A stretch of 64,000 nt of DNA from Escherichia coli (GTDB lineage Bacteria > Pseudomonadota > Gammaproteobacteria > Enterobacterales > Enterobacteriaceae). Of the stretch, positions 35,313 to 56,952 are shown piece by piece. Where the stretch lies: assembly GCF_044324785.1 (NCBI RefSeq), contig NZ_CP172127.1; one strand, given 5' to 3'. Each line of letters begins with the position of its first letter. Position 1 is the stretch's first letter. Both the position numbers and the translations under genes were made by a program. Below the pieces are notes generated by a model. That model was not told the DNA's origin and made no database searches. It saw nothing but the letters and a program-made list of their open reading frames with translations.

Positions 35313-35843
35313 TCAGGCTCCGGATGACTTTCGTTTTTTCTCCAGCTCCTGGCGCTTTTTTTCCAGGAGATGCTCCTGCATGGCTTTCAGATATGCATTT
35401 TCTGCGCGAAGATAACGCAGCTCATTCTTCATCTCTTCCGGCGTCATGTTTGCCTCGTTTTCATGGGTATCATCAGAACGGGTCATGCTTTTCTCCTTCC
35501 TGCGCCTGATAAAGGCCTCATTACCAGATTTGCGGTAGCCTTTTATCCAGTTTTTAACCGTGTTGTGGCTGGGAATGTTAAACCGGGCAGCTACCCGGGG
35601 TAGAGACTCAGAATGCCCGAGAGCATAAAGAACCACGCAAAGTTTATCTTCAGGAGAATAGCTACGCTTGTGTCTGCAATCCAGTGCCCGAGGACCGTGA
35701 AGAAGAAAAAGATTAATCCAGTGTGAGAGGCTGGTGTGAGAAAGTTGAAAGAGTTTTGCCGTAGAAATGATGCCTGCATGACCGGCCAGGTAATGATTTA
35801 CAGCGGCAAGTTTTACTTCAAATGAATGTTTCATAAACTGCAC
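35313..35843 (-). CDS. IS3-family transposase OrfA (HTH, leucine zipper)
   Basis: 176-aa ORF inside the IS; 3' end carries the AAAAAAG frameshift heptamer. Confidence 0.85.
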   Translation of the reverse strand: MQFMKHSFEVKLAAVNHYLAGHAGIISTAKLFQLSHTSLSHWINLFLLHGPRALDCRHKRSYSPEDKLCVVLYALGHSESLPRVAARFNIPSHNTVKNWIKGYRKSGNEAFIRRRKEKSMTRSDDTHENEANMTPEEMKNELRYLRAENAYLKAMQEHLLEKKRQELEKKRKSSGA

Positions 35844-35915
35844 CTTCAGATGTCAGATTGTGTCCAACATTTGGGGTGCAGTTCAGCCAGCGTCGCATCC
35901 GGCATTTTTTTCACC

Positions 35916-35945
35916 AACGCAAAAAGGCCATCCTGACGGATGGCC
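35916..35945 (-). terminator. rrn operon terminator T2-like hairpin (GGCCATCC..GGATGGCC + U-run)
   Basis: Closely resembles the rrnB T2 sequence as I recall it. Confidence 0.7.
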
Positions 35946-36082
35946 TTCTGCTAAATTTGATGCCTGGCAGTTTATGGCGGGCGTCCTGCCCGCCACCCTC
36001 CGGGCCGTTGCTTCGCAACGTTCAAATCCGCTCCCGGCGGATTTGTCCTGGTTGGGAGAGCGTTCACCGACAAACAACAGAT

Positions 36083-36124
36083 AAAACAAAAGGCCCAGTC
36101 TTTCGACTGAGCCTTTTGTTTTAT
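36083..36124 (-). terminator. rrn operon terminator T1-like hairpin immediately 3' of 5S rRNA
   Basis: AAGGCTCAGTCGAAAGACTGGGCCTT hairpin with flanking A/U runs. Confidence 0.75.
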
Positions 36125-36127
36125 TTG

Positions 36128-36247
36128 ATGCCTGGCAGTTCCCTACTCTCGCATGGGGAGACCCCACACTACCATCGGCGCTACGGCGTTTCACTTCTGA
36201 GTTCGGCATGGGGTCAGGTGGGACCACCGCGCTACGGCCGCCAGGCA
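36128..36247 (-). rRNA. rrfA: 5S ribosomal RNA
   Basis: Exact 120-nt match by eye to E. coli 5S (reverse complement). Confidence 0.97.
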
Positions 36248-36340
36248 AATTCTGTTTCATCAGACCGCTTCTGCGTTCTGATTTAATCTGTATCAGGCTG
36301 AAAATCTTCTCTCAATCCGCCAAAACAGCTTCGGCGTTGT

Positions 36341-39245
<2,905 letters not shown>

Positions 39246-39419
39246 TCACAACCCGAAGATGTTTCACTTCAGAGTTGCGAAAATTTGAGAGACTCACGAA
39301 CAACTTTCGTTGTTCAGTGTTTCAATTTTCAGCTTGATCCAGATTTTTAAAGAGCAAAACTTCGCAGTGAACCTTTGCAGGTACACTCTGAAGTATTTTT
39401 TATTTAATCACTACAGAGA

Positions 39420-39495
39420 TGGTGGAGCTATGCGGGATCGAACCGCAGACCTCCTGCGTGCAAAGCAGGCGCTCTCCCAGCTGAGCTATAGCCCC
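39420..39495 (-). tRNA. alaT: tRNA-Ala (anticodon UGC)
   Basis: Reverse complement GGGGCTATAGCTCAGCTGGGAGAGCGCCTGCTTTGCACGCAGGAGGTCTGCGGTTCGATCCCGCATAGCTCCACCA. Confidence 0.97.
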
Positions 39496-39537
39496 ATAAC
39501 ATGTAGTTAAAACCTCTTCAAATTTGCGGTGCAAATT

Positions 39538-39614
<77 letters not shown>

Positions 39615-39682
39615 GTAGAGGTTTTACTGCTCATTTTCATCAGACAATCTGTGTGAGCACTGCAAAGCACAGTTCTTTAAGG

Positions 39683-41224
<1,542 letters not shown>

Positions 41225-41344
41225 AAAAGTTTGATGCTCAAAGAATTAAACTTCGTAATGAATTACGTGTTCACTCTTGAGACTTGGTATTCATTTTTCG
41301 TCTTGCGACGTTAAGAATCCGTATCTTCGAGTGCCCACACAGAT

Positions 41345-41550
41345 TGTCTGATAAATTGTTAAAGAGCAGTGCCGCTTCGCTTTTTCTCAGCGGCGCGGGG
41401 TGTGCATAATACGCTTTCCCGCTACAGAGTCAAGCATTTTTTGCTTTTCTCTGTTGAGATTCTCAGGAGAACCCCGCTGACCCGGCGGCGTGTTTGCCGT
41501 TGTTCCGTGTCAGTGGTGGCGCATTATAGGGAGTTATTCCGGCCTGACAA
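41345..41550 (-). promoter_or_regulatory. rrn leader: tandem promoters P1 (TTGTCA..TATAAT) and P2 (TTGACT..TATTAT) plus boxA antitermination element (TGCTCTTTAACAA)
   Basis: Sequence elements read on reverse strand upstream of the 16S gene. Confidence 0.7.
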
Positions 41551-41599
41551 GAGGAAATTTAAAATAATTTTCTGACCGCGCATTTTTTATTCTTTATGC

Positions 41600-42145
41600 T
41601 TATTTCAGCGTCGGTTTGTCGGTTAAATGGGCGATTTCTCGGGCGAAATTCGCCACCTGCTCCCAATCGGTATAGACAACTTCTTTGCGCGTATCCGTTT
41701 CACCGCCTGACATCTTCATAATCAGCTTGATCATAAAACGGTCGTACCAGCGGTAACGTGGATAACGCAGCGCCCCGGCAATGACGGCACAGCGATCGGG
41801 ACGCCATTGTGAATTCATCAGAAACTTCCGCGCGTAGCTGTTGGTCTGTGGAGTACGCTTCTCCGGTTTACGCGCCACCAGGTTTACGGAGTAAAAGGCG
41901 CTCGGCATCGAATTCAGCCGCGTCGCATGCTTTTTAACAAATTCCTGGAACGCAGAGTGGTAGTGACCATAGCGAATAGAAGCACCAATGACCACACGGT
42001 CATAGTTTTCCCATTGTGGTTCTTCAATGCGGTGCACATTGGCGACATCCGCCTGGATCCCCAGTTCTTTCAGTTCCGAAGCCAGGTAGGAGGCAATCTC
42101 GCGCGTTTGTCCGTCCCTTGTTGAGAAAAGAATTAATGTTTTCAC
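41600..42145 (-). CDS. hemG: protoporphyrinogen oxidase (flavodoxin-like)
   Basis: 181-aa ORF, recognised. Confidence 0.9.
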   Translation of the reverse strand: MKTLILFSTRDGQTREIASYLASELKELGIQADVANVHRIEEPQWENYDRVVIGASIRYGHYHSAFQEFVKKHATRLNSMPSAFYSVNLVARKPEKRTPQTNSYARKFLMNSQWRPDRCAVIAGALRYPRYRWYDRFMIKLIMKMSGGETDTRKEVVYTDWEQVANFAREIAHLTDKPTLK

Positions 42146-42156
42146 GTATTACTCCA

Positions 42157-43608
42157 TCATTCACGCCAGAAAGTCGGGGTAAAGAGCACCAGCAATGTAA
42201 AGACCTCGAGACGACCAAACAGCATGTTGGCAATCAGGATCCATTTAGCCACCGGGTTCATACTGGTAAAGTTATCAGCAACCACGCCAAGCCCTGGCCC
42301 CAGGTTATTCAATGTCGCAACAACTGAGGCAAAGGCAGAAAAGTCATCCACGCCCGTGGCGATAATCGCCAGCATACTGACAATAAACACCAATGCATAG
42401 GCGGAGAAAAATCCCCAAACGGCTTCGAGGATACGTTCCGGCAGTGCGCGATTCCCCAGCTTAATGCTATAGACGGCGTTCGGATGCACCAGTCGTTTCA
42501 GCTCACGGTTCCCCTGCTTAAACAGCAGCAGGATGCGGATCACTTTCAGGCCACCGCCCGTTGACCCGGCGCAACCGCCGATAAAAGCTGAACATAAAAG
42601 CAGTACCGGCAAAAAGAGCGGCCAGCGGGCAATGCTGTCAGTCGTAAACCCGGCGGTTGTCGCCATCGATACCACCTGGAAAAACGCCTGGTTAATTGTC
42701 ATCAGCGCCGAACTGTAGACATTATGAAACCACAGTACGAGTGTACAAATAACCACCAGCGTAAACTGTACGCCGATAAACATGCGAAATTCCGGATCGC
42801 GCCAATAAACCTTCAGACTACGCCCACTTAACAGTGAAAAGTGCAGACCGTAGTTACAGCCGGAGATCAGCAGGAAGATAGCAATGATAGTGTTAATAGT
42901 CGGGCTGTCGAAATAACCGATACTGGCATCATGTGTCGAGAAGCCGCCAATAGCGATAGTCGCAAAGCTATGGCCGATGGCATCAAAGGCATCCATTCCG
43001 GCAAACCACAACGCCAGCGCACAGGCGACGGTCAGCAAGACATAAATCAACCATAGGGTTTTCGCCGTTTCCGCAATTCGCGGGCGCATTTTGTTATCTT
43101 TCAGCGGGCCGGGCATTTCTGCGCGATAGAGCTGCATCCCACCCACGCCGAGGATAGGCAGTATCGCAACCGCCAACACGATGATCCCCATCCCGCCAAA
43201 CCATTGCAGCATCTGGCGATAAAAGAGGATGGCGTGAGGGAGCGAATCCAGCCCCACCAGCGTAGTGGCCCCCGTGGTGGTCAGGCCAGAGAAAGATTCA
43301 AAAAACGCATCGGTAATCGTGAGGTTCGGGCTTTCCGAGAAGATAAAAGGGAGCGCACCGACGCTACCCAGCACGGTCCAGAACAGCACCACTATCAGAA
43401 ACCCCTCACGGGATTTCAGTTCGCCCTTCTCTTTGCGGTTCGGCCACCACAGCATAGAGCCAATGGCGAGGGCGACAAAAAAGGTCTGGGTAAAAGCGCG
43501 GCCCGCTCCATCCCGGTAGATGAGTGCTACCAGTCCAGGGATAATCATGGTCCCTGAAAATAAGATGACCAGTAGTCCAACGATTCGGGTAATGGCGCGA
43601 AAATGCAT
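42157..43608 (-). CDS. trkH: Trk potassium uptake protein TrkH
   Basis: 483-aa polytopic membrane ORF, recognised. Confidence 0.93.
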   Translation of the reverse strand: MHFRAITRIVGLLVILFSGTMIIPGLVALIYRDGAGRAFTQTFFVALAIGSMLWWPNRKEKGELKSREGFLIVVLFWTVLGSVGALPFIFSESPNLTITDAFFESFSGLTTTGATTLVGLDSLPHAILFYRQMLQWFGGMGIIVLAVAILPILGVGGMQLYRAEMPGPLKDNKMRPRIAETAKTLWLIYVLLTVACALALWFAGMDAFDAIGHSFATIAIGGFSTHDASIGYFDSPTINTIIAIFLLISGCNYGLHFSLLSGRSLKVYWRDPEFRMFIGVQFTLVVICTLVLWFHNVYSSALMTINQAFFQVVSMATTAGFTTDSIARWPLFLPVLLLCSAFIGGCAGSTGGGLKVIRILLLFKQGNRELKRLVHPNAVYSIKLGNRALPERILEAVWGFFSAYALVFIVSMLAIIATGVDDFSAFASVVATLNNLGPGLGVVADNFTSMNPVAKWILIANMLFGRLEVFTLLVLFTPTFWRE

Positions 43609-43646
43609 CTCTGCCGCTTCCTTAGTTCTGCAAAACGAAGTGGGGA

Positions 43647-44264
43647 TTATTCTTCAATCGCTAACAATTGCAATGAACCACGGCTAAAATCCGCCAGCTT
43701 CGCGGAAAATTCAGCCACTTTCGCCGCCGGAAGCGCCACCCGCAGCAGAACGAATGCCTGATAATCACTGTTGATAATTTTGCCGTCACACTGCCCCAGC
43801 AACGCTTCAATGCCGGTTAACTGACTATATTCACATTGCAAAGTATATTCGGTTAATGGCGTCTTGCGTTGGGTCGTTAGCTGGCGCAGCGCCTGATTCA
43901 CGCCGCCGCCATACGCTTTCACTAACCCACCGGTGCCAAGCAATATGCCGCCGTAGTAGCGCACTACCACAGCGGTAATTTCCCCGACGCCGCTGCCCAT
44001 TAGCTGGGCGAGCATCGGTTTACCTGCCGTTCCCGCCGGCTCCCCGTCGTCAGAGAAACCCAGCTGTTGAGAATCATCCGGCGCACCCGCCACCCACGCC
44101 ACGCAATGGTGGCGGGCATCGGGGTGTTCTGCCCGCACCGATTCAACAAACGCTTTCGCCGCCTCAACGCCATCGGTATGCGCCAACATCGTTATGAAGC
44201 GGCTTTTTTTGATCTCTTCAACGACCGTGACCGGTGCCGCAGGAATTAACCAGCTTTCCATCAC
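43647..44264 (-). CDS. yigZ: IMPACT-family protein YigZ
   Basis: 205-aa ORF, synteny. Confidence 0.85.
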
Positions 44265-45592
44265 GCCAGTTTCAGATCCCGGGTCATGTTTTCCACGTTG
44301 TTTTCGTGGATCACCACGTTGTCTTCGATACGAATGCCGCCGAACGGTTTCAGTGCTTCAATTTTCTGCCAGTTGAAGTGCTTGCTGAACTGCCCTTCAC
44401 GCCACGGTGCCAGTAGCGATTCAATGAAGTAGATACCCGGTTCGATGGTTAACACCATGCCCGGCTGGAGAATACGGGTGCAGCGCAGGTACGGATATTT
44501 TGCCGGTGCCGCGAGGTGCGTACCGCTATCATCCTGCATAAAACCAGCGACGTCATGCACCTGCAGGCCCAGCGGATGGCCGATACCGTGCGGCATAAAC
44601 GGTCCGGTGAGATCGTTTTCGACCATCGCTTCTTCACTCATATCGGTGATGATTTGATGTTTACGCAGCAATTTGGCGATGCGCTGATGGAACTGGATGT
44701 GGTAATCCACATAGCTGACGCCTGCTTTCATGGTGGCGATTAGCGCCAGTTGTTCATCATTTACGTCTTTCACCAGCTGTGCGTAGTCGTTGTCGCTTTT
44801 TGCCGACCAGGTACGGGTCAGGTCAGCCGCATAGCCGTTATATTCGGCCCCGGCATCCAGCAGGAAGCTGCGCATCTCTTCCGGCGCCTGATGATCCAGT
44901 TTGGTGTAATGCAGCACCGCAGCGTGTTCGTTGAGCGCCACAATGTTGCTGTAAGGCACGTCGGTATCACGATGACCGGTCGCGGTCAGATAGGCAATGT
45001 TGATATCGAACTCGCTCATGCCAGAACGGAACGCTTCTTCTGCCGCGCGATGACCGTTGACCGCCATTTTCTGCGCTTCACGCATACAGGCCAGTTCGTA
45101 CTCGGTTTTGAAGGAGCGATAGTAATGCAGGTAGTCGATCACCCCTTTCGGGTTGATGTTGCTGGCCTCAATACCCAGTTGCAGCGCACGTTCCGGCACC
45201 GGACCGATATAACCGATATTGCCGCGCGCAGCAGGCAACAGACTACCAATGCCATCGGCTTTCGGCAGCGCGATCACTTCCACGTCTTCAGTCCAGAAAG
45301 AGGTCGGCAGCGGTTCGACGTTGTGCCAGTAATCAACCGGCAGATAGAACCACAGTTTCGGCTTGTTCACGCCATCCACCAGCAGCCAGCAGTTTGGCAC
45401 CTGAGTTACCGGCACCCACGCTTTGAATTGCGGGTTCACTTTAAACGGATAGGGATGATCGTCGAGAAAAACGTTGAACAGTTCGCCGGAGTGAATAAGT
45501 AACGCATCCAGCTTGAAGCGCGCCAGCGCATCGCGAGTCCGTTCTTGTAAGGTAGCTATATGATTTTTATAGAGCGAGGCCAGTGATTCCAT
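44261..45592 (-). CDS. pepQ: Xaa-Pro dipeptidase (prolidase)
   Basis: 443-aa ORF, recognised. Confidence 0.93.
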
Positions 45593-45739
45593 TTTTTACC
45601 CTTCTGTTTTTTTGACCTTAAGTCTCCGCATCTTAGCACATCGTTCATCCAGAGCGTGATTTCTGCCGAGCGTGATCAGATCGGCATTTCTTTAATCTTT
45701 TATTTGCATATTTTTAACACAAAATACACACTTCGATGC

Positions 45740-45756
45740 ATCTGGTACGACCAGAT
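45740..45756 (+). promoter_or_regulatory. FadR operator in fadBA promoter (ATCTGGTACGACCAGAT)
   Basis: Palindromic FadR box read directly upstream of the fadB start. Confidence 0.65.
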
Positions 45757-45781
45757 CACCTTGCGGATTCAGGAGACTGAC

Positions 45782-47971
45782 ATGCTTTACAAAGGCGACA
45801 CCCTGTACCTTGACTGGCTGGAAGATGGCATTGCCGAACTGGTATTTGATGCCCCAGGTTCAGTTAATAAACTCGACACTGCGACCGTCGCCAGCCTCGG
45901 CGAGGCCATCGGCGTACTGGAACAGCAATCAGATCTAAAAGGGCTGCTGCTGCGTTCGAACAAAGCAGCCTTTATCGTCGGTGCTGATATCACCGAATTT
46001 TTGTCCCTGTTCCTCGTTCCTGAAGAACAGTTAAGCCAGTGGCTACATTTTGCCAATAGCGTGTTTAATCGCCTGGAAGATCTGCCGGTGCCGACCATTG
46101 CTGCCGTCAACGGCTATGCGCTGGGCGGTGGCTGCGAATGCGTGCTGGCGACCGATTATCGTCTGGCGACGCCGGATCTGCGCATCGGTCTGCCGGAAAC
46201 CAAACTGGGCATCATGCCGGGCTTTGGCGGTTCTGTACGTATGCCACGTATGCTGGGCGCTGACAGTGCGCTGGAAATCATTGCCGCCGGTAAAGATGTC
46301 GGCGCGGATCAAGCGCTGAAAATCGGTCTGGTGGATGGCGTAGTCAAAGCAGAAAAACTGATTGAAGGGGCGATGGCGATTTTACGCCAGGCCATTAACG
46401 GCGACCTCGACTGGAAAGCGAAACGTCAGCCGAAGCTGGAACCGCTAAAACTGAGCAAGATTGAAGCCACCATGAGTTTCACCATCGCTAAAGGGATGGT
46501 CGCACAAACGGCGGGGAAACATTATCCGGCCCCCATCACCGCAGTAAAAACCATTGAAGCGGCGGCCCGTTTTGGTCGTGAAGAAGCATTAAATCTGGAA
46601 AACAAAAGCTTTGTCCCGCTGGCGCACACCAACGAAGCCCGCGCACTGGTCGGCATTTTCCTTAACGATCAATATGTAAAAGGCAAAGCGAAGAAACTCA
46701 CCAAAGACGTTGAAACACCGAAACAGGCCGCTGTACTGGGCGCAGGCATCATGGGTGGCGGCATTGCTTACCAGTCTGCGTGGAAAGGTGTGCCGGTTAT
46801 CATGAAAGATATCAACGACAAGTCGTTAACCCTCGGCATGACCGAAGCCGCGAAACTGCTGAACAAGCAGCTTGAGCGCGGCAAGATCGATGGTCTGAAA
46901 CTGGCTGGCGTGATCTCCACAATCCACCCAACGCTCGACTACGCCGGATTTGACCGCGTGGATGTTGTGGTAGAAGCGGTTGTCGAAAACCCGAAAGTGA
47001 AAAAAGCCGTGCTGGCAGAAACCGAGCAAAAAGTACGCCCGGATACCGTGCTGGCGTCTAACACTTCAACCATTCCTATCAGCGAGCTGGCCAACGCGCT
47101 GGAACGTCCGGAAAACTTCTGCGGAATGCACTTTTTTAACCCGGTACACCGGATGCCGTTGGTAGAAATTATTCGCGGCGAGAAAAGCTCCGACGAAACC
47201 ATCGCGAAAGTCGTCGCCTGGGCGAGCAAGATGGGCAAAACGCCGATTGTGGTTAACGACTGCCCCGGATTCTTCGTTAACCGCGTGCTGTTCCCCTACT
47301 TCGCGGGTTTCAGCCAGCTGCTGCGCGACGGCGCGGATTTCCGCAAGATCGACAAAGTGATGGAAAAACAGTTTGGCTGGCCTATGGGTCCGGCATATCT
47401 GCTGGACGTTGTGGGCATTGACACCGCGCATCATGCCCAGGCTGTCATGGCAGCAGGCTTCCCGCAGCGGATGCAGAAAGATTATCGCGATGCCATCGAC
47501 GCGCTGTTTGATGCCAACCGCTTTGGTCAGAAGAACGGCCTCGGTTTCTGGCGTTATAAAGAAGACAGCAAAGGTAAGCCGAAGAAAGAAGAAGACGCCG
47601 TCGTTGACGACCTGCTGGCAGAAGTGAGCCAGCCGAAGCGCGATTTCAGCGAAGAAGAGATTATCGCCCGCATGATGATCCCGATGGTCAACGAAGTGGT
47701 GCGCTGTCTGGAAGAAGGCATTATCGCCACTCCGGCAGAAGCGGATATGGCGCTGGTCTACGGCCTGGGCTTCCCTCCGTTCCACGGTGGTGCGTTCCGC
47801 TGGCTGGACACCCTCGGTAGCGCAAAATACCTCGATATGGCACAGCAATATCAGCACCTCGGCCCGCTGTATGAAGTGCCGGAAGGTCTGCGTAATAAAG
47901 CGCGTCATAACGAACCGTACTATCCCCCGGTTGAGCCAGCCCGTCCGGTTGGCGACCTGAAAACGGCTTAA
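45782..47971 (+). CDS. fadB: fatty acid oxidation complex alpha subunit (enoyl-CoA hydratase / 3-hydroxyacyl-CoA dehydrogenase)
   Basis: ORF track starts at 45656; likely start 45782 ([16 protein letters not shown]), 729 aa. Confidence 0.95.
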   Translation: MLYKGDTLYLDWLEDGIAELVFDAPGSVNKLDTATVASLGEAIGVLEQQSDLKGLLLRSNKAAFIVGADITEFLSLFLVPEEQLSQWLHFANSVFNRLEDLPVPTIAAVNGYALGGGCECVLATDYRLATPDLRIGLPETKLGIMPGFGGSVRMPRMLGADSALEIIAAGKDVGADQALKIGLVDGVVKAEKLIEGAMAILRQAINGDLDWKAKRQPKLEPLKLSKIEATMSFTIAKGMVAQTAGKHYPAPITAVKTIEAAARFGREEALNLENKSFVPLAHTNEARALVGIFLNDQYVKGKAKKLTKDVETPKQAAVLGAGIMGGGIAYQSAWKGVPVIMKDINDKSLTLGMTEAAKLLNKQLERGKIDGLKLAGVISTIHPTLDYAGFDRVDVVVEAVVENPKVKKAVLAETEQKVRPDTVLASNTSTIPISELANALERPENFCGMHFFNPVHRMPLVEIIRGEKSSDETIAKVVAWASKMGKTPIVVNDCPGFFVNRVLFPYFAGFSQLLRDGADFRKIDKVMEKQFGWPMGPAYLLDVVGIDTAHHAQAVMAAGFPQRMQKDYRDAIDALFDANRFGQKNGLGFWRYKEDSKGKPKKEEDAVVDDLLAEVSQPKRDFSEEEIIARMMIPMVNEVVRCLEEGIIATPAEADMALVYGLGFPPFHGGAFRWLDTLGSAKYLDMAQQYQHLGPLYEVPEGLRNKARHNEPYYPPVEPARPVGDLKTA

Positions 47972-49144
<1,173 letters not shown>

Positions 49145-49149
49145 CCACT

Positions 49150-49261
49150 TGCCGGATGCGGCGTAAACGCCTTATCCGGTCTACCGATCCTGCACCAATG
49201 TAGGCCTGATAAGACGCGCCAGCGTCGCATCAGGCATCGTGTGCCGAATGCCGGATGCGAC
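49150..49261. repeat. BIME: three REP palindromic units
   Basis: GCCGGATGCGGCGTAAACGCCTTATCCGG, GTAGGCCTGATAAGACGCGCCAGCGTCGCATCAGGCA, GCCGGATGCGAC read directly. Confidence 0.8.
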
Positions 49262-49334
49262 ATAGATCTAAATGCCACTGTATAAAGTTTTAGTTGCCGT
49301 TCTTCCCGCCTGTCAGGGGCGGGTTTTTTATATC

Positions 49335-50036
49335 TCAGATAAATGCAAACGCATCGCCAAACAGGCGATCTTCCCGCGCATTACGCTCACTGCAAAACAG
49401 GTCACGGGCAATTTTCGCCATCTCAAAACGTCCGGCAATATAGATATCATGCTCTGCCAGCGTACCGTGATCCTGCAATACCGCCGTTAACACGGTGCCA
49501 GTACGCCCACGCCAGCCCGCTTCCGGTTGTTCAACCACCGGCACCACTTGCAGACCAGGGTGCTTTAACGAAAGCGCTTCAAGCTCGGAGAGATCATAAA
49601 GATGCTGCTCTTCACGCCCGCCCCAGTAAATGGTGATATCACGGTTTGGGTTACGCGCCAGCGCCGTCAGCAAAATCGAGCGCGCATAAGAGAACCCGGT
49701 GCCACCCGCAATCAAAATCATCGGACGTTCTTCATCATCACGCAGCCACGCTTCTCCGTGGGGAATATCGACCACGATTTGATGATCTTTAAGAATGCGG
49801 TCCATGACTGCTTTCGCGTAAAGGTTGATTTCAGAAGCGCCAATATGCAGCTCGATGAAACCTTTTTCATCCGGCGTCGAAGCCATTGAGAACGGACGTT
49901 TGTCGCGCTCATCCATCACTACCATCAAATACTGACCAGCACGAAAAGAAAAGGCCGCGTCTGGTACGATTCGGACACGATATACGGTATCCGTGATAGC
50001 TTCTACCGAGGTCACTTTACAGCTTAAGGTTGTCAT
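49335..50036 (-). CDS. fre: NAD(P)H-flavin reductase
   Basis: ORF track starts at 50069; likely start 50036 ([16 protein letters not shown]), 233 aa. Confidence 0.9.
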   Translation of the reverse strand: MTTLSCKVTSVEAITDTVYRVRIVPDAAFSFRAGQYLMVVMDERDKRPFSMASTPDEKGFIELHIGASEINLYAKAVMDRILKDHQIVVDIPHGEAWLRDDEERPMILIAGGTGFSYARSILLTALARNPNRDITIYWGGREEQHLYDLSELEALSLKHPGLQVVPVVEQPEAGWRGRTGTVLTAVLQDHGTLAEHDIYIAGRFEMAKIARDLFCSERNAREDRLFGDAFAFI

Positions 50037-50081
50037 GCGCTTTCTCTGTCGGATCGATAAATAGGGCAAAACAAACGCGCA

Positions 50082-51575
50082 TCAGGCGCTTTTACCGTTG
50101 TTAAAAATAGCCAGTTCATCCCAGATGGCGTCAATATGCGCGACAACATCCGGATCTTTTTTGATGGGACGTCCCCATTCACGCTGGGTTTCCCTTGGCC
50201 ATTTATTCGTGGCATCCAGCCCCATTTTTGAACCCAGCCCGGACACAGGCGAGGCAAAATCCAGATAATCAATAGGCGTATTTTCGACCAACACCGTGTC
50301 CCGCGCCGGGTCCATACGGGTGGTAATCGCCCAAATCACATCGTTCCAGTCGCGTGCGTTGACGTCATCATCGCAAACGATCACAAATTTAGTGTACATA
50401 AACTGGCGTAAGAACGACCAGACGCCCATCATGACGCGCTTCGCGTGTCCGGCGTACTGTTTTTTGATCGTCACTACCGCCAGGCGATAAGAGCAGCCTT
50501 CCGGCGGCAGGTAAAAATCGACAATTTCCGGGAACTGTTTTTGCAGAATCGGCACAAACACTTCGTTCAGTGCGACACCCAGCACCGCAGGTTCATCCGG
50601 CGGACGCCCGGTATAGGTGGAATGATAAATCGCATCTTCACGCTGGGTAATATGCGTCACAGTAAATACCGGGAAACTATCGACTTCGTTATAGTAACCG
50701 GTGTGGTCGCCATACGGCCCTTCCGGCGCAGTTTCGCCTTGTTCGATATACCCTTCCAGCACAATCTCCGCACTGGCGGGCACTTCGAGATCATTGGAAA
50801 TACACTTTACTACTTCGGTTTTGGTGCCGCGTAGCAATCCGGCAAACGCATACTCTGAAAGCGTATCTGGAACGGGCGTGACTGCACCGAGAATTGTGGC
50901 GGGATCAGCACCCAGCGCCACAGAAACCGGGAAACGTTCGCCCGGATGCGCCGCACACCACTCCTGATAATCCAGCGCGCCGCCGCGATGCGACAGCCAG
51001 CGCATAATCAATTTGTTTTTACCAATTAGCTGCTGGCGATAAATGCCCAGATTCTGCCGCTCTTTATGCGGGCCGCGCGTCACTGTCAGCCCCCAGGTAA
51101 TCAGCGGCGCGGCATCTTCTGGCCAGCAGGTCATAATGGGGATACGGTGAAGATCGACGTCATCGCCGGAGATAATTTTTTGCTGACACGGCGCACCACG
51201 CAGTCGCTTTGTCGGCATGTTCAATACTTGCTTGAACTGCGGCAGTTTATCAAACAGGTCGCGAAAGCCTTTTGGCGGCTCCGGCTCTTTCAGAAAGGCT
51301 AATAATTTACCGACTTCACGCAGCGCCGAAACATCTTCCTGCCCCATGCCCATCGCCACGCGCTTTGGCGTACCGAACAGGTTGCACAGCACCGGCATTG
51401 AGTAGCCTTTAGGGTTTTCGAACAACAGCGCAGGCCCACCGGCACGCAAAGTGCGGTCCGCAATTTCAGTGATTTCCAGATGCGGATCCACCGGGAGCGT
51501 GATACGTTTTAGCTCACCCTGCTGTTCAAGCAGCGTCAAGAAGTCGCGTAAATCGTTATATTTCATGGCGTCCAT
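50082..51575 (-). CDS. ubiD: 3-octaprenyl-4-hydroxybenzoate decarboxylase
   Basis: 497-aa ORF, recognised. Confidence 0.95.
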   Translation of the reverse strand: MDAMKYNDLRDFLTLLEQQGELKRITLPVDPHLEITEIADRTLRAGGPALLFENPKGYSMPVLCNLFGTPKRVAMGMGQEDVSALREVGKLLAFLKEPEPPKGFRDLFDKLPQFKQVLNMPTKRLRGAPCQQKIISGDDVDLHRIPIMTCWPEDAAPLITWGLTVTRGPHKERQNLGIYRQQLIGKNKLIMRWLSHRGGALDYQEWCAAHPGERFPVSVALGADPATILGAVTPVPDTLSEYAFAGLLRGTKTEVVKCISNDLEVPASAEIVLEGYIEQGETAPEGPYGDHTGYYNEVDSFPVFTVTHITQREDAIYHSTYTGRPPDEPAVLGVALNEVFVPILQKQFPEIVDFYLPPEGCSYRLAVVTIKKQYAGHAKRVMMGVWSFLRQFMYTKFVIVCDDDVNARDWNDVIWAITTRMDPARDTVLVENTPIDYLDFASPVSGLGSKMGLDATNKWPRETQREWGRPIKKDPDVVAHIDAIWDELAIFNNGKSA

Positions 51576-51696
51576 TGTAGCCTCTTAATCTGCGCCCATT
51601 ATACGGCGTTCATCTTTGCGATGCTGTAAATTTGTTAAATTAGCGTGAACTCTGACGGTATAACGCAAACCGGGGAATATAATTAACTTAGCGTAA

Positions 51697-53009
<1,313 letters not shown>

Positions 53010-53050
53010 CCTGTACTCCATATGACAACCGCCCTGACGGGCGGTTGAAT

Positions 53051-53827
53051 TTATTCTTCAGTTTTTTCGCTTTCTGCTTCCGCGTCGTTTTCCTCTTCCC
53101 GATTTCGCCCTTTACCAACGTAAAAGCGTGAGAAGAAGACACCGATTTCAAACAGGCAGTACATCGGGATCGCCAGCAGCGTTTGCGAGAAGACATCCGG
53201 CGGCGTCAGCAGCATCCCGACAACAAATGCGCCAACCAGCACATACGGACGTTTTTTGCGTAAGTCTTCTGGCGAGGTAATTCCCATCCAGCACAGCAGC
53301 ACAATTGCCACCGGCACTTCAAAGGAGACACCAAACGCCATAAACAGCGCCATAACGAAGCTTAAATAGCTGGCTATGTCGGTGGATACCTGTACCCCTT
53401 CCGGCGCAGTATTGGCAAGGAAGCCAAATGCCAGCGGAAAGACCACAAAGTAGGCGAACGCCATGCCGATATAAAACAACAGAGAGCTGGAAACCAGCAG
53501 CGGCACCACCAGGCGACGTTCATGCTTATACAGCGCTGGGGCGATAAACGCCCACACCTGATAGAGAATCACCGGCGCTGACAGAATCAGCGACACCATA
53601 AAGGTCAGCTTGATCGGCGTAAAGAACGGTGAGGCCACGTCGGTGGCGATCATCGTTGAACCTTGCGGCAACTGCTTGATCAATGGCGCGGATACCAGGT
53701 GATAGATGTCATTGGCGAAATAGACCAGACACAGGAATATCACGATCACCGCGATAATGCAGTTCAGCAGACGCTTACGCAGCTCAATCAGATGCGTGAT
53801 AAGCGGTTGAGTATCTTCTACAGACAT
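53051..53827 (-). CDS. tatC: twin-arginine translocase subunit TatC
   Basis: 258-aa polytopic ORF, recognised. Confidence 0.95.
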
Positions 53828-53829
53828 GT

Positions 53830-54345
53830 TTACGGTTTATCACTCGACGAAGGGGAAGGTGCAGCGGTTTTCGGTTCAGCGTCCGCAGCAGGTTTTACCA
53901 CCGGCTCTGGCGTGGTTTCTGGCTTCTGTTCCGGCGAACTGGCCTGCGTTTGTGCAGCAGCAGGCGTTACGCCTTCATGCGCAGCTTCATTGCCTTTCAC
54001 CACCGGGTTGTGGATGGTGTGCGCTTCATCGCTCGCCTTTTCAGGATCGTTTGCAACGTAGGAACGCTTCATCGACTCCGCGGCCTGGCGTAGTTCATCC
54101 ATCGACGCTTTCAGTTCGGGCGTCAGGTTAGTGAGGCTCGCCTTTTCAACCTTTTTCAGACTGTCCTGAAACTCCTGGAGTTTTAACTCCTGGGTCAGTT
54201 CGTTCTGCACCGTTGTCGCCAGTGAACGCAACGCGCGAATCCAGCCCGCGACCGTTTTTACCGCCACAGGCAGTCGTTGCGGCCCCAGAACAACGAGGCC
54301 GATGATGAACACCAATAGCAGTTCGCTAAAACCGATATCAAACAC
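53830..54345 (-). CDS. tatB: twin-arginine translocase subunit TatB
   Basis: 171-aa [29 protein letters not shown]. Confidence 0.93.
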
Positions 54346-54348
54346 GGA

Positions 54349-54618
54349 TTACACCTGCTCTTTATCGTGGCGCTTCGCGTCTTCTGTTTTAGCCTGTTCC
54401 TGATTCGTATCCGCCTGCTTATCGGCGATAGTTTTCGCAGTAAAATCAGCATCCTGACTGGTTTTATCCTGCTTTGGTTCATCATCGCTCATTGCTTTTT
54501 TAAAGCCTTTGATCGACGCACCAAGATCGGAACCGATGGAGCCGAGCTTTTTGGTGCCAAAAAGCAGTACAACGATGACGGCAATAATCAATAACTGCCA
54601 AATACTGATACCACCCAT
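54349..54618 (-). CDS. tatA: twin-arginine translocase subunit TatA
   Basis: ORF track starts at 54660; likely start 54618 ([25 protein letters not shown]), 89 aa. Confidence 0.93.
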   Translation of the reverse strand: MGGISIWQLLIIAVIVVLLFGTKKLGSIGSDLGASIKGFKKAMSDDEPKQDKTSQDADFTAKTIADKQADTNQEQAKTEDAKRHDKEQV

Positions 54619-54696
54619 ACATGTTCCTCTGTGGTAGATGATGATTAAACAAGGCCGCATTATACGTTACACGGCCCGCCTTGAGCGATGAAAAAA

Positions 54697-56939
<2,243 letters not shown>

Positions 56940-56952
56940 TTCCGGTCTCCTG

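Noticed and set aside
44750-45502. 250-aa ORF on the + strand
   Set aside because: Antisense to pepQ.
45656-45781. 5' extension of fadB in the ORF track (771 aa)
   Set aside because: The extension would translate through the FadR operator and promoter; ATG at 45782 gives the canonical [13 protein letters not shown]-terminus.
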